A DNA stretch of 59,003 nucleotides, filler included, from Sphacelaria rigidula (lineage: Eukaryota), in NCBI GenBank assembly GCA_964200075.2. It is 4 parts of 4 records of this genome, joined end to end, with 100 filler letters (N's around TTAATTAATTAA, not from the genome) between each part and the next. Parts side by side here need not be neighbours in the genome. Positions count along the whole stretch, not along the records: positions 1 to 14,679 come from CAXNAA020002100.1; positions 14,780 to 29,457 come from CAXNAA020002101.1; 2 more parts are not named here. One strand, 5' to 3'. This document shows, piece by piece, positions 11,922-24,600 of the stretch. Positions within the stretch are counted from its first letter, which is position 1. Every line of letters starts with the position of its first letter. A program made the translations under genes and the position numbers. A model generated the notes under the pieces. It was not told the DNA's origin and did not search any database. It worked only from the letters and a program-made list of their open reading frames with translations.

Positions 11922-12678
11922 CCCTTAGACAGCGACCCCAACCGCAGGTGGACTGAGATGGACTATGCCACATTTGGGGATCAAACAGCTCTTTTCTCGC
12001 TGCACAAAACGCCTTCTTTCATTATTATGTGGATGCTGGGCATCTATAAAGAAAATAGTGCCGGAAAACCCCTGATATGTTTTGATCGTACAGTCAATAG
12101 CGTGCAGAGTCAATATGTGTGCGGTATGTCTCCGCTAGATACAACGGCAAGAAACAGTCGGTGTGTCATAGCTCTCCACTGAACACAATCTACGGCATGC
12201 TGCTGATGCCTCTGCGTAGTGTTCCGCAACAATACTACAGACAGTATGAAGCTATGCTGGCTATGATACACGAGACGTCAGATAGGCGGCACAGACCTCG
12301 AGCAGAGTACAAAACATATTAATTATGTCCATGTAATCTACGGCTGGATTGCCATGACTAAAATGAAAAATCCCGCCAGACAGCGAAGTGGTCCGCCGGT
12401 AGTCCACCTGCAGAGGAACTGCGTGCTCATTTTGACCGCTGTGGTTGGTCAGAATGGTCATTCTGCGCCTCTCAGGCCTCGTTCCTGGCCTAGAACCTTC
12501 CTCGGGACACTTTCGAACACACATGGTTGATTTCGGGAGATTTCCTGCTGCTCTGCGAACAGACAACCCCCCAGTCAACAACTACCCCCCCCCCCTCCCC
12601 TGCCCACCGGAAACCCCCGGATGTCTCCGAACTGCCAGCCTGTGATACTGTTCCGAGGCGACGCTCGCTGTCTAAGGG
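11922..12678. mobile_element. Non-autonomous piggyBac-like element
   Basis: TTAA|CCCTTAGACAGCGA ... TCGCTGTCTAAGGG|TTAA: 14 bp TIR, TTAA TSD and CCC/GGG termini. No transposase recognised. Confidence 0.8.
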
Positions 12679-12804
12679 TTAACGGTAGAGAGAAGGAGGG
12701 GAAAGGGACAGAAAGGCGAGAGACATGGGGGGGTGCTTCGAATTTATAAAATTGTGTTGTGTGTGACACGTAGGCCCCAAGATCGAAAACTGAGTTTTTG
12801 AAGG

Positions 12805-12875
12805 GGGGTGGCGTACTCATTTGTTGCTTGCCTTAGTCATTTGACCATTGACCACGCATCCCTTCCGAGACGGAG
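12805..12875 (-). repeat. LINE 3'-tail fragment (copies near 26670-26718, 48060-48170, 54070-54150)
   Basis: Shared ttgcttgccttagtcatttgaccattgaccacgcatccc-type sequence, which is also the 3' end of the LINE at 48.1-48.9 kb. Confidence 0.65.
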
Positions 12876-14792
12876 TTTTTGAAGGGGGGGGGGAGGAGGG
12901 AACACCCAGCCTGTTATCCCCTAGTTTATTGCCGAGGCGTTGGCAGATGCGGTCAGCTGCCGTGTACAGAGATCCTTCGCGTGGAGACCGATGAGATGGC
13001 GGGCACGCCGCCCCACCGAGGCTCATCGCGTACCATGATTACATTCATGGGGTCATGTTCCGTGTGAGCGGGCAAGGAGCAGAAGCAAATATACGAACCT
13101 CGCAAAGACCACCAGACTTTCCGGTTTTTGTCAGTGTTTCCTGATCGATTTTTTCAACACAAACAAAAAAAGGTAAATAATGACAATTTTCGAAAAATTG
13201 CCCCCAGGGAGCGGGCTCCGTGTCCGAAAACCTTCTCTCGACAAACCCTTGAGTACCGCAAAAAAAACGTAAGCCCGCAAAAAAATCGATAACCTGGTTG
13301 CCTAGCTTACGCAGTGAGTGGCGTGTTTCACAGCGTCACCGCCAGCCAACGCCAAACCCATAGATGGGTCCACCCCTATAAAGCCGGGACGGAGCACGTC
13401 GTGTTTTCGCCGGACCAGGTTGTGCGGGGGTGGGTAGGGGTTTTGGGGTGGAGGTTTTTGATTGTTTGGCTTTCGGAACAAGAAGGATACCGTGTGGATC
13501 GAAAATTATTTTGACAATGAAACAAGTCAGACCAGCGGTCGATCAAAATATTTGAAAGGAAGAGGAATGAACAGATCACGGATCGTTCGCAGAAGGGGAC
13601 CGCAGGTCAGAAACTGACCAGTGATCGCGACCAGATCCTATGAAAACGAACACGCCAACCGTGGGGAGTAAAAATGACGGAAGTTAACGCGGAAGGTTTC
13701 CAGGTCAGGTGGCGCAGCCGACATACAGCCCGCGGCGAAAACAACTGCGAACAACAACGGAAGACCCATCGAATCCGTGATCCATGGCCGCAAAAGAAAT
13801 CAATCACTACATGAAAGACAAATGAAGAAACCGGCGCCGGCAGGACCCAGCAAGGCGGGCGTATGGCGCCGTCGACCCGTTGGGGTCGGTTCCTTTATTT
13901 TTGTGCCTTGAGGCCCCCCTTGATGACAAAGCCGTTGTCTTCCACTACGCCGGCGGCTCGATCGGGGACGTTTATAAGTATCAATGCGGCGACATATCTA
14001 TATGCAGGGGAAAGTTTATAGTGATGTGTAGGAATGGTAGCTCTCGGCTATGTTGTGGGCTTGATGAGGGATAATGGGATGGGGACGGAATTCTCAGGTG
14101 GCGAGCCACACACGGTTTGATGACAGATTGCGAGGAGGTTATCCGCACAATACATACTATGGAGATAGCATGGCGACAACGCAACGTGTGGCAAGCCACT
14201 GTATGTCGGGGATGGTCCGTTGTATGTAGGGGTGGGGTGAGGTTTCGTTCTTTTTTTCCGTTGTCTGGGCTTTTCGGGACATGGGGAACACAATTCGATA
14301 CCGATCTTCAAAACTGACCAGAAGCTAACCCGATGCTAGTATTTTGGTAGTAGCTGACGACGTTGGACACACAAGGGCGCAGAGACCAGCCTTGACCAGT
14401 CTTGAGGGCAAGAACTGTAATCGCACTTGCATGCTTCTAACAGCGTACACTAGCAGATATCCGCGACATTCGTTTGGCACAAGCGGCAAGCGTTGGTACA
14501 ACGCACGCAAGAGAACCCATGGACAGTAATGCCAAGGTGGGGGTGCACTCTTCAGTCCTTAAGGTTTCTGAGGCTTCACACTAAGGCCCAGATATTTGTC
14601 ACCGAGAGGGTCCAACAGCAAATAGCCTCAGAAAAGAAGTGTACCCTTACGGTGGCATTGCTCTGGACACCGTTCGATTNNNNNNNNNNNNNNNNNNNNN
14701 NNNNNNNNNNNNNNNNNNNNNNNTTAATTAATTAANNNNNNNNNNNNNNNNNNNNNNNNNNNNNNNNNNNNNNNNNNNNATACATTACGAGG

Positions 14793-14880
14793 AAAAAACC
14801 CAACGCATCGGGAATCGAACCCCAGTTCTCTCCACCCTAATGGCGACAGCCGGACCATTACACCACCGGGGCGCGGCGGC
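14793..14880 (-). mobile_element. tRNA-derived SINE head; body lost in the assembly gap
   Basis: Minus strand has A box TGGTGTAATGG and B box GGTTCGATTCC, but no acceptor-stem pairing. Confidence 0.65.
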
Positions 14881-14939
14881 AACTCATTGAGTAATGGCAT
14901 TTCAGATTAAGATATTTACCGTTGGCCAGGAAGGGCGTA

Positions 14940-16138
14940 GGAGCTGGGCCAGCCTAAAAACGCATTTAAGCTCGAAAAGCAATACCTCATCGACACAGAC
15001 GAGTTGGGCCGTGACCGCATATCGTATTAATCGTCTAACCAAGGGGAAGGTGCCCATCTGCATGGAAGTTTGGGCCCATATTTTGTCATTGATTAAACCC
15101 CATGTCCAGTAATTCCTATACCTAACGGGGATGGCGCCCATTCTAAAATCTCTATGAAACCCCGGTTCGATGCATTCAGCGGATGACGACGAATTTTGGT
15201 GTGGACATTCTCTAGAGCAAGGGGAGACGATAGATACCCTCACCTTCACCTAATTCGTTATCGATCCCGAGATGTGGCGCACATAAGTTCCAATACTAAA
15301 ATCAAGATATTACGAGCAGAGGCACTAGATGCCCTAAATCTGGATATCGCGTCTCAGTTTTTGAGAGTTGCTTCATGAAATTTCGCGTGGTGAACCGCTA
15401 GTGTATAATAAAATAAAATAAACAGCTTGCTACCTGTTTTCATTTTTTTTCATTTTTTTCGGGTTTTTAGTCGAAATTTGAGGAGAGATAAACGTTGCTC
15501 TTCGGCCTTATCTCAATGTTTTAGCATAATTTTTAGAATTGTGATTTAAAAGTTAGCATGGAGAACTAAAAAAGTGTGCCGAATGAAAAAAATGGGCCTT
15601 CGTTTTTTTAATTTTTTCATAGAGGTTAGGGCGTTCTCATGAAGAAATGGTCTTTACCATACTAGAACGCCCTGAACCAGTGAAAAAAATGATTGAAAAA
15701 AAACTGATCCACTGGGTGTTGTTAATTATGCCTTAGAGAGCGCCCACACAAAATTTCAATACACGAAAAAAAACGTGGGCCGGTGAGTGACCTTCGAAAT
15801 ACTGTTCCGAATTTCTACCGATCCGGTTTTTTAAAGGCCCATGCTCCCGCCAATATTTAGAGTTGGACCCTGAAATTTGGTATGGACAATGCATAGGGCA
15901 TGAAAAAAAATACGTCGGCACCAAAAGTTTTTTTTTTCATGAGTCAAAGGAAATAGTCAGTTTTCAGGTATCAGTAAAATGCGTTCAACTCATGAAGAAG
16001 AAAAAAAAATGGTGCCGACTTAATTTGTTTTTTCATGCCCTATTCATTGTACATACCAAATTTCAGGGTCCAACTCCAAATATTGGCGGGAGCATGGGCC
16101 TGCAAACTTCGAATCCGCCTCTAGGCTGGCCCAGCTCG
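14940..16138. mobile_element. Non-autonomous Tc1/mariner-type element with TA TSD and an internal hairpin (15835-16101)
   Basis: TA|xGAGCTGGGCCAGCCTA ... TAGGCTGGCCCAGCTCG|TA. AT-rich interior with a subterminal inverted repeat of about 110 bp arms. Confidence 0.7.
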
Positions 16139-16427
16139 TAGAACAGTACACAACCCTCGAGGCGATCTTGACGTGTAAATTTATTCCTGGGGTCTGGATG
16201 CTGCAGTGTACATCACCAAAAACGCCATGCATGGCCACACATGAAAAATACATTGAGGCGACGAAAGCATGCAGTAAGTCACTCGTATGACCGCACGATA
16301 TTGTTATTGCTCGTACTGTTCACAGTACCAGTCGGGAAAACTTGGCACAGATGCACCCTCTCAAGAATCTTTGTTTGCAATATGACAGAATAAAAACATT
16401 CGCATGTACACCGATTATTGCATGTAC

Positions 16428-18619
16428 CTCGCCTCCCTGTCGAAAAGATGCTGGTTGGCCCGCCGTCGCCTACTGAGAAGTTCTCTTCGAGCACGGGCCT
16501 CTGCCACCGCTGGCTCGATAAAGTTTTGTAACTGTACCCACGCGTTGTTGACCCACACCATCATTATATCCTTCGAACAGAAGCGTCGAAAGGTGAACAT
16601 AGCAGGTAAATTGTCTGAAGTTAGGCCTGTCGTAAACGACACCTTGAAGACGAATCTTTCCCGTATCGTTCCCACTATTACCAAGTGAAACGGTTCTGAC
16701 GGGCTGAGCTGGTGGTGTCAGATTTTGTTCTGTGCCCAAACAAATGCTATTGCGGATATGATAATGCTTCGATCCCAAATCTGGAGGTATTCTTTTCTGG
16801 GGGGTTGACAGATGTGGAAGAAGTGGAGGAACCCGCAAAAAATGCGTTCTAGTTCAGAACAGACTCTATAGTGCAAATCACTCGCTTGTTGACTGCGGCA
16901 AGTAGCTCTAGAAGAGCGAGGGCGGAAAGTCAGAGATCAGGAGGACAACATCTACGATATACTGCCCAACACGTTTACCCTGTGTGTGTGTGTGTGTGTG
17001 TGCGTGCGTGTTTGTGATTCTCCCTTGTGCATGTCACCAGTGGCGAACTGTTGTTGGCAGGTTTTTAAAATAGGTATATTAGTCATAATACAGTACGCCA
17101 ACGGTGTACAGGCATGGCTATGGTATGCTACGAGTCGAAGTTAGTGTGAAGGTCGTCAAACAGAAACCCAAGACGATGAGACAAACCTTGACGATCATCT
17201 CGCGGCTCTGATTCTTGTCCGGGGTAAAGTTGGAGGGACAGTGTCGTGTTTTGTGTGCGGAAAGTACTTCAAGGCTAAGCCACTACTCCAGGTGCTGCAC
17301 GATGTTACCCCTGTTTTGTTTCATTCAGCTCACTTGCTCAGCCTCTAAATTGACCCACTCTCGGGCACAATGGTCGAACTCCAGACGATGCTTGCCCTTT
17401 TTGCGGTGGAAGCTGCATCCAATCCAACGCGTGAAGTTCATTCAAAGCAAAATGTAAGTCAGCAACATACGACAGCGTAGACGGATAACCCAAGGTTTAG
17501 CTACTGTTCTAGACTTTATCAAGGAGACAGATGAAAATGTCCCCCCTAGTATTTCGAGTTTTCGAGTATTCTGCTCGGGGAACGTGTCCATATTCTGTAC
17601 AGGGAAACGAGAGCGCGATACCAAGTGCATGTTGGTGGAGACTACCTAAACACGAGAGCAGTCTGCGACCTCACGCAGAAATGAACGACGACACCATGAT
17701 GTTCCTTGATTTGTTTCAAGTTGCATGACATCTATTCGTGCTTCGTCACAATGTCGAAATGTAAATTTTCGTTTTGCAAAAAACACGGCGGATATTGGTA
17801 CGGCCTTGTTTCACTCCTGTCTCGCTCCCTTGTGCTCCGCCCTTTCACTGCCCGATGCCCCCTCAGGATGTGTCCGGTTTTGTTTTGGTAATCATTTGCT
17901 GTCCAGTGTCTGTCTGGTGTCTCCTTTTCAAATTGGCATATTCATCGTCTGCATTCTGAAGATCCTAATCATATCGGCCAAAGCAGGCATCAGTGATCGA
18001 TGCATGGCACCACCACACCAGGGCATGTGTCCCAGCGATCCCCTCACCGAGTAATATTTCCCTTTCCAGACATGCCCGCCCCATCCGTCGGTTGAGTAAC
18101 CCAGATCTTCAGACCGACAAGGCTCTCCTCAAAGGCCAAGGGCTTGACCAGAGAAGATTCACGCAACACGTCATTCCACCAGTAGCTGTGCGTAGCTCCT
18201 TCTTCCCAAACCTTCCTTCCAGCCGCGGACGACACGGTAGGTACACGGTCTCATCGCTTAGTGTGATACAGCACCCTTTGCCCTACGCCTGCAGTGCAGT
18301 CCGGGCTGAACGTTTTCGTGTAATGCCCATTGCGGTGTTTCCCGCACAATTTTTCATTTTTCCCCCTCATGATCGTACCATACCTTTTGCGTTTACACTT
18401 CGTGGTGTTCAAATAAAACGCACGATGGTTCTGATTGTTGATTTTAACATCAAATAGGTTCAAAACACTACTCCATTGCCTAGAGGTTTCTGCTGAGGCA
18501 GCCTGGACGTTTGCGCTGTCGTCGAGATGGATTGGCCGCGTAATCCTACTTTTGTTCTTCTCACCTCCTCCCACTGCTCGATAGGATCCGTCTCGTCCTC
18601 CTCTTCGCTACAAGAGTCC
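16428..18619 (-). CDS. WW-like and Tudor-like block of the LRR-IQ gene
   Basis: QWEEVWEEGATHSYWWNDVLRESSLVKP is WW-like. LVGLKIWVTQPTDGAGMSGKGNITRFHRKKGKHRLEFDHCAREWVNL is Tudor/Agenet-like. Confidence 0.65.
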
Positions 18620-21600
18620 CTGGTTTCGATGCGTGCACAAGAGAATGCGGTGAAACAAATAGCAGGGCTCAGGCGTGTAGCTATAAGAAGCAGGCAAGTA
18701 AAACGTCTGACTAACAATCAAACATGGCGACCCTGCTCGGGCTGTCGGCCGACCATCTTGTGTGTAAACACAGCACCACAACCTAACGTGGGTCAGAACC
18801 ATCTCGGATTCTGCGCAACAATGCTAGTACTCTTGAACACTACCCTCCAACGGGCAAAAAAGACTCCATAAATTATTACTGACATACGCCGCATATACTT
18901 AGGTGGACAGTGACATCTCATCTCACCTGTTGGCTTCGCGAACAAGCTGCTGGTATCGTTCCCTCCCTCCATCTAACCTCTCCTGGAACTCTAGTTCCTG
19001 CCGCATGAAAACGTGCTGAGCCACTTTGTTCATCCGCACGTCACGCCATCCCATCACCCGACTGCCCCTGAAAACCTAGAAGGAAGCAGCACATGAGCAT
19101 AAGTGTTATGCGTGAGAAGACCGCGTGCTTAGAGAACCGCGCCGTAGTTCAAAACACCCCAGGATCAACATTTTCCAAGACCAATCGGGCCAGTCCCTGC
19201 AGGTACCACCCCCCCAACACTAACCCTGACCCAAACCCTAACCATAGGGATATTGAAATTCCGATGCGGTCCTCTAAGCACGCGGTCCTGTCACGCATCA
19301 CAATACGTACGACGCGAGAGAAGCCGAGGGATTCAGATTCCTTGGAAGGAAAGGCAAAGATGCCGTGTATGAGATCCACGAATGCACATCCCGCGGCGGC
19401 TGCTTCATTACCAGGCCATAGAAACAACTGAGCGAGGAAAAGCTGCCAAGGGTCGCTGATGGTCCCACCTTCCACAGTCGATGGATCCGAGACAATCCCT
19501 CCTGCATACAATGCACGCCATCCCCCTGCCTTACTGCTGCCTGGGCTACTTGGGTCTGTTCCCTGCTTCACGGCAGCTTGCTGCATCCGTCGTGCCTAGC
19601 GTGGGAATGACATCAACGACCTATATTGTCTCTGCAGTGCTAACTTTGCAATCCATAACGTATGCACCGAACGAGTACTGGCTGACATTACAAGTTATAG
19701 TTTAGCCATCATACCCGCCGTGCTTGACTCACCTTCTGAATCCTCCTGGCCGCCCTACTCTCAGTCTTCCAAATTCGATGCACTCGTCTCCACTCCCCAC
19801 GCCCCCTGTGACCCCTGTATGCTGCTTGAAGCTTAATGGCTGGGGTTGAAATCGGGATCGGTTGGCCGATGCGACGGAAGCACCGAGCCGCAGTAGCAGG
19901 TGTGACAGTTACTTGGGTAGCAGTGATCAGTGCAGTGAAGAGAACACATTCAGTGGCGAGTCTGTAAACGAAAATAGCCGTGAGCCAACAAGCATTTACA
20001 ATCCTCATGGTTCGATTAGACGGTGCTATCTGTCGTTTCTGAAGCAGATACCACGGCGACATTAACGCGACGGGAACGAAAAACGTGTGTAAGTTGTGCC
20101 GTTTACGGCGCTGTGGTGAACGCAAGATATGACACAATGACGTGATATACGCATTTAACGCTGAACGCACAGTCTTGCTTGCATTACCTATCTTAGACCT
20201 ATCTTAGACTCTGTGCACACTACGTCTGCCAGGATGCTGCATCAGACAGTATGCCGACCGGGGGTCTTCTCAAACTCTTCATAGTTCCAGTGCATTGGTG
20301 GATAAAGATGGTTAAAGGCATATTTTCGTGGCGATCCGTGATAAAGGATACCTGTGCGATGTCTCGCTCGCTTGATCCGTGCAATCTGGCTTTTGACCAT
20401 TGCTCCCGTTTGCTTCCCGATGCACCCTCTCCAGAACGACTGATACGCAAGCGATCACCAGATTCGTCCATTTTAAGAGGCAAATATTAATTATCCCTGC
20501 GCATTTCTAAGAGCGAATGAAATCTCAAACTTCCCATTGGAACATGCTGTAGTCATCCTCATGCTACTGCGAGGCCTTGAATAAGGTACCTCGCAAGTAG
20601 GGTACTGCTCTTCATGTGTATGTTTTGCAAATCATAGTCTCCACAACAGATATTAATGACGGGATCCATGAAAACGCACAACAATCACCGACTCACAACC
20701 TATAGTAAGCTCCTAACTCTGACATGCGTGAGGTATACTGTGAAGTGAATGTGATCAAAGCCGTGTGACCAATCATATTCGCTTGTAGGACGGGCCAATT
20801 TATCGTGGAAGACAAAGCACGTTTGTTTGTATGCACGTATGTGTGCAAAAAGAGCCACTTTGCCTTTTGAGACCCCGGCGGTCGTCTGCCGTAGAAGTAA
20901 ACAATTATCTTGACGATCTTGACAAGAGCTTACGTAATTTTGCGCGATATTTGAACCGTCACTCGGTGAGTTGCCAAAGGTCACAAAAGAGAGCGTCGTG
21001 CTGCATTCTGATTGTTTCAGGTCTTACTTACTGCGTTTGACATACCTGAATTTGCACTGCAGCCCTTCTCTCGATTTCGCGCCGTGTCTCTTTCTCCAAC
21101 CTCAATTTGCTGAGCCACATACGCGCCAGATAGCACCGTGCGGCAACCTTCCGCCGGGACCGGACCCATCGCACAGAGAGACCGAGGGAAAAGAGTGAGG
21201 TCGCTGGAAACACACCGCACCCTCTGCAACGCCCTGTGGACAACACATAGCACCCTATGCAGCAAACACATATCACTGACTACTGACTGGCCGGAGCGAC
21301 TACTCTTCGCAAAACCCAGCAACGCCTTAAAACGAACAAATATCCATCGTCAGCGACTAGCTACAGTATGCAGCTAACGGTCAAACCTGAGCTGCTGACC
21401 TGCCAAGAAAAAACACGAGCAAGCCGTACTGTGTGCACCAGTTGCACTCTACCAGAAATATCTCACTACGTCCTCCATCACACCCGATGCACCACACACG
21501 ATCCATCAAGTATTCAGTTTTGATCCGCAAAATAGGGTGATACGATTTACTACTCCTACTTCCCGCCAATCAACCCACGGGGCAGCTGCGGCAGCTATTC

Positions 21601-24600
21601 AGAGAGCAGTTACCTGTATAGCGTCTCTTCCCTTTTATCATCCAATCCCACCTGTATTTTCCGGGAGCAAATATCGGTGTCTCTCCGTCGCTGCCGTTTC
21701 ACTTCCCCCCACGCCGCACAACGCTTGTGTGCGATCCACGCACGCACCATAGTTTCCAGTCTGACGGCGGCAGCGTGTCGAAGTTCCTGCATTCATGCAT
21801 CCCAAGACGGATTCATGAGGAGTGACAACCAATGGTGAGGTAACATGGGGAGGGTGAAGATCGTGATGGGTCGAGCGGGCTGTTACAGGAAAAAGACGAT
21901 ACTGACATGACGGAATGTGGCACCTGGTGTGTGTGCCATTGCCAAGCCAATCCCGATCCCGGTCGATCTACCATGATTATGCGGGATAAAACAACATCAA
22001 ACCCCAAAGACGCCTCCTTCGCTCGTGGTTGGCGAGAGAAAACTCCATTTGTTGAAATGCTACGATGTCTTGTTCTTTCCTTTCGTTGTATTCCTGACTC
22101 CCTCCCTCATTTCTCACGACGATTCCCCAGTCTGAATGTACGAACCAACCCACATTTCCCCCGGCATTTGCCCTGTGCCTTGCATCTCCGTATTAAGCAT
22201 TGGATCATGATTATATTCTCAGCACCCTCGAAGCCCGTGGACTTTCAATCAACTGTCCATAAACTATTACTCTTGCGTTTTCAGTCGATGAAGTAGAAAC
22301 GTGAAGCTGTTGTCGGGGTTTAGATCCACGAAATATTCCCTCTAAGTTATTGTAGTGTACTGTTTGTGCACCAGCTAGACCACCGAAGCGCGGCCGCAGA
22401 ACGTATCCATTACGCAAAAGCGGGGTTATATGCGAGTGTGTGACTCTGGCGAGATCTGTTGGACCAAATCAATGAATAGATGTACGCCATATTTCGGGAA
22501 GCAACGGCCTTAACGCAAGAACATCGGCCAGAACGAGACGTAGAGAAGAGAAGATGTACTGTACACTATAAGCTACTGCGAAATGTAAACCAACAACAGC
22601 AAACGACACTTTCTACGATAGCCCCCACAAAAAAATGTGCATGTTTTTGGGGGGCAAAATCTCCACGTAAATCGAAATGGGAAAAGTCGAGCACAACGAG
22701 CAGCTGGGAATTCCCACGCTTGGGTTCGCTCTAGCCAATGTCGCCAATATGAAGCGCTTTATGCAGCCTGAACACAAACATCAGGCGCTGTGTGGCCATT
22801 TTTTTAGGGACACTTTTGGGCTGATTTTCGGGGGTGGCTATCGTAGAAAGTGTCAAACACTTGTTGCAGGAGTTAAGCTTGAGTGCAAACGTATGTCTAG
22901 CAAATGTAAGACAACACCCCGGTGAAATCGGGTAGACAGTGGATCAGGTTAAGGGCACATTCTGGTAATTTCATGCGCTGGCTTGGCGATGTTGTTGTTC
23001 TATCTCTCAGTACCTGCTCCCTGTCGTCCAGCAGTCCTTCGATTGCAGGCTGGCCAGACATTCCAGTGCGCGTGGACATCGCCGGCGGTTTGGCGACGGA
23101 ACATTATAGCAAGAGGAGGGAAGTTTGCTTCGTAGGGTCTGTGCCGTGCATGTCCCAACGCCAACCATACCAGGATGCAGCCAACCAGGGGCATCATGCA
23201 AAGACCCAAACGTGTACTTAGCTATAGGTATTCAGCTAGCTCTGACAACATTCAAGCGATAAAAGGCGCGGAAGGGGTTTCGCTGCTCGACCACCAGTAT
23301 CATACACTGTTTGCCCTGATAGCGCTACACCACCACAGCAGTAGCCAGGTGAACGTTCCTTTTTAAACATTTGGAAGACTACATAAGACGGTCTAGGTTG
23401 TTGTTTCGAGTTCAGCAAAGGCAGTAGCAACGGAACCTCTCGCAAACTCACTCGTACAAGTTTGTCCCTTTTTCTTGTCATGAATGCTCGGAAGATCGCC
23501 TGTATGGGCACGACCTGGTTACCTTTCTCCAGCAGGGCATCTCTCTCGTCGCGCAACACTTGAACGCGTTTGCGCACCCTGTTGACGAGTAATTGAGTAC
23601 GAGAGCGGGGGGGGGCAGGACGTCATGGTAAAGACCACACCGACGATTGAGCTCGTAACGAGAGAGTACTCTCAGTACGAGTGTGTTCTTTCCATCTCGA
23701 TACTCTGGCGAAAACGATATTGCCGTGTTTGTCTCATGGAAACTGTTGCAGAGAGCAGAGAGCGTGGTAGTGCTCAAGTTCCTGTATTGCGAAATAGGAT
23801 ATTCTGTTCGACATTCCCTCTAGCACCTTACCCATACACCCACACTCAAACCTATATGCGCGATGCACTCGCTGTATCTCGATAGCAGCTCGAGTTCTCT
23901 TCTTGACCCACCGAGCCTCCCACCACACCATCTGTTGATTCCAGCAAGATGCCAATGAGAAGGCAAACCACACGCAGTGCGGCGTCGAGAAGGCGGAAAC
24001 CGTAGACAAAGTAGACGGCACAAATGATTATTTTTCAAGTTGACCTACTCTGCCATTCCCCTGAATATACTTTTGAGTGTCGTCGGATTGAACTCTTCGC
24101 TAAGTGTGCAATTACCTTACGTTTATAAACGTCCCATGGCAATACCTGATCTCCGCGCCTGACAGTACTCGCGATGGGCTGCGACATCGATTCGCACAAG
24201 AGTACTACGGGTTTCCCAGATTCCCACATGTTACTGGCAGCTAAAGAGACGTGCGCGACGGAGCATGAAGGCTGTGAAAGACACGCTCAAGCCTGCATGG
24301 ATAGAATGAAAGAGATTCAGGCAGACGGCAGTATTTACAGCGCTCTTCTCCAGGAATAGAGAATGCCAACATCGTGTTGTTTCGTACGGCACCATCGTGA
24401 TCAAACATGAGCACTTACTTTTTTCCGATATCGGTAGAATGTGGCCTGGATTTTATGCGCTGCTGCATTGTCTCGGGCGCGCTTAACTCGCAGCGCTTCC
24501 GTTCGACGTTTCTTGTGCCCTCTCCAGCAGTTCTGCGGAAACACAACACTCGAAATATTATGTAAGAAAAGCACACTATGATCATGTGGACTGGCAATAC

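Noticed and set aside
14680..14779. TTAATTAATTAA embedded in N runs (also near 29500 and 44275)
   Set aside because: Identical stop-in-all-frames spacer placed in assembly gaps; not biological.
14793..14880. Functional tRNA gene
   Set aside because: A and B boxes are present but the acceptor stem does not pair; treated as a SINE head.
14902..15249. 115 aa minus-strand ORF as the next exon of the LRR-IQ gene
   Set aside because: It lies almost entirely within a TA-flanked TIR element and has no relevant motif.
24116..24145. Possible 30 bp micro-exon (VLPWDVYKRK) of the LRR-IQ gene
   Set aside because: It is phase compatible but the acceptor lacks a pyrimidine tract, and the flanking exons join well without it.
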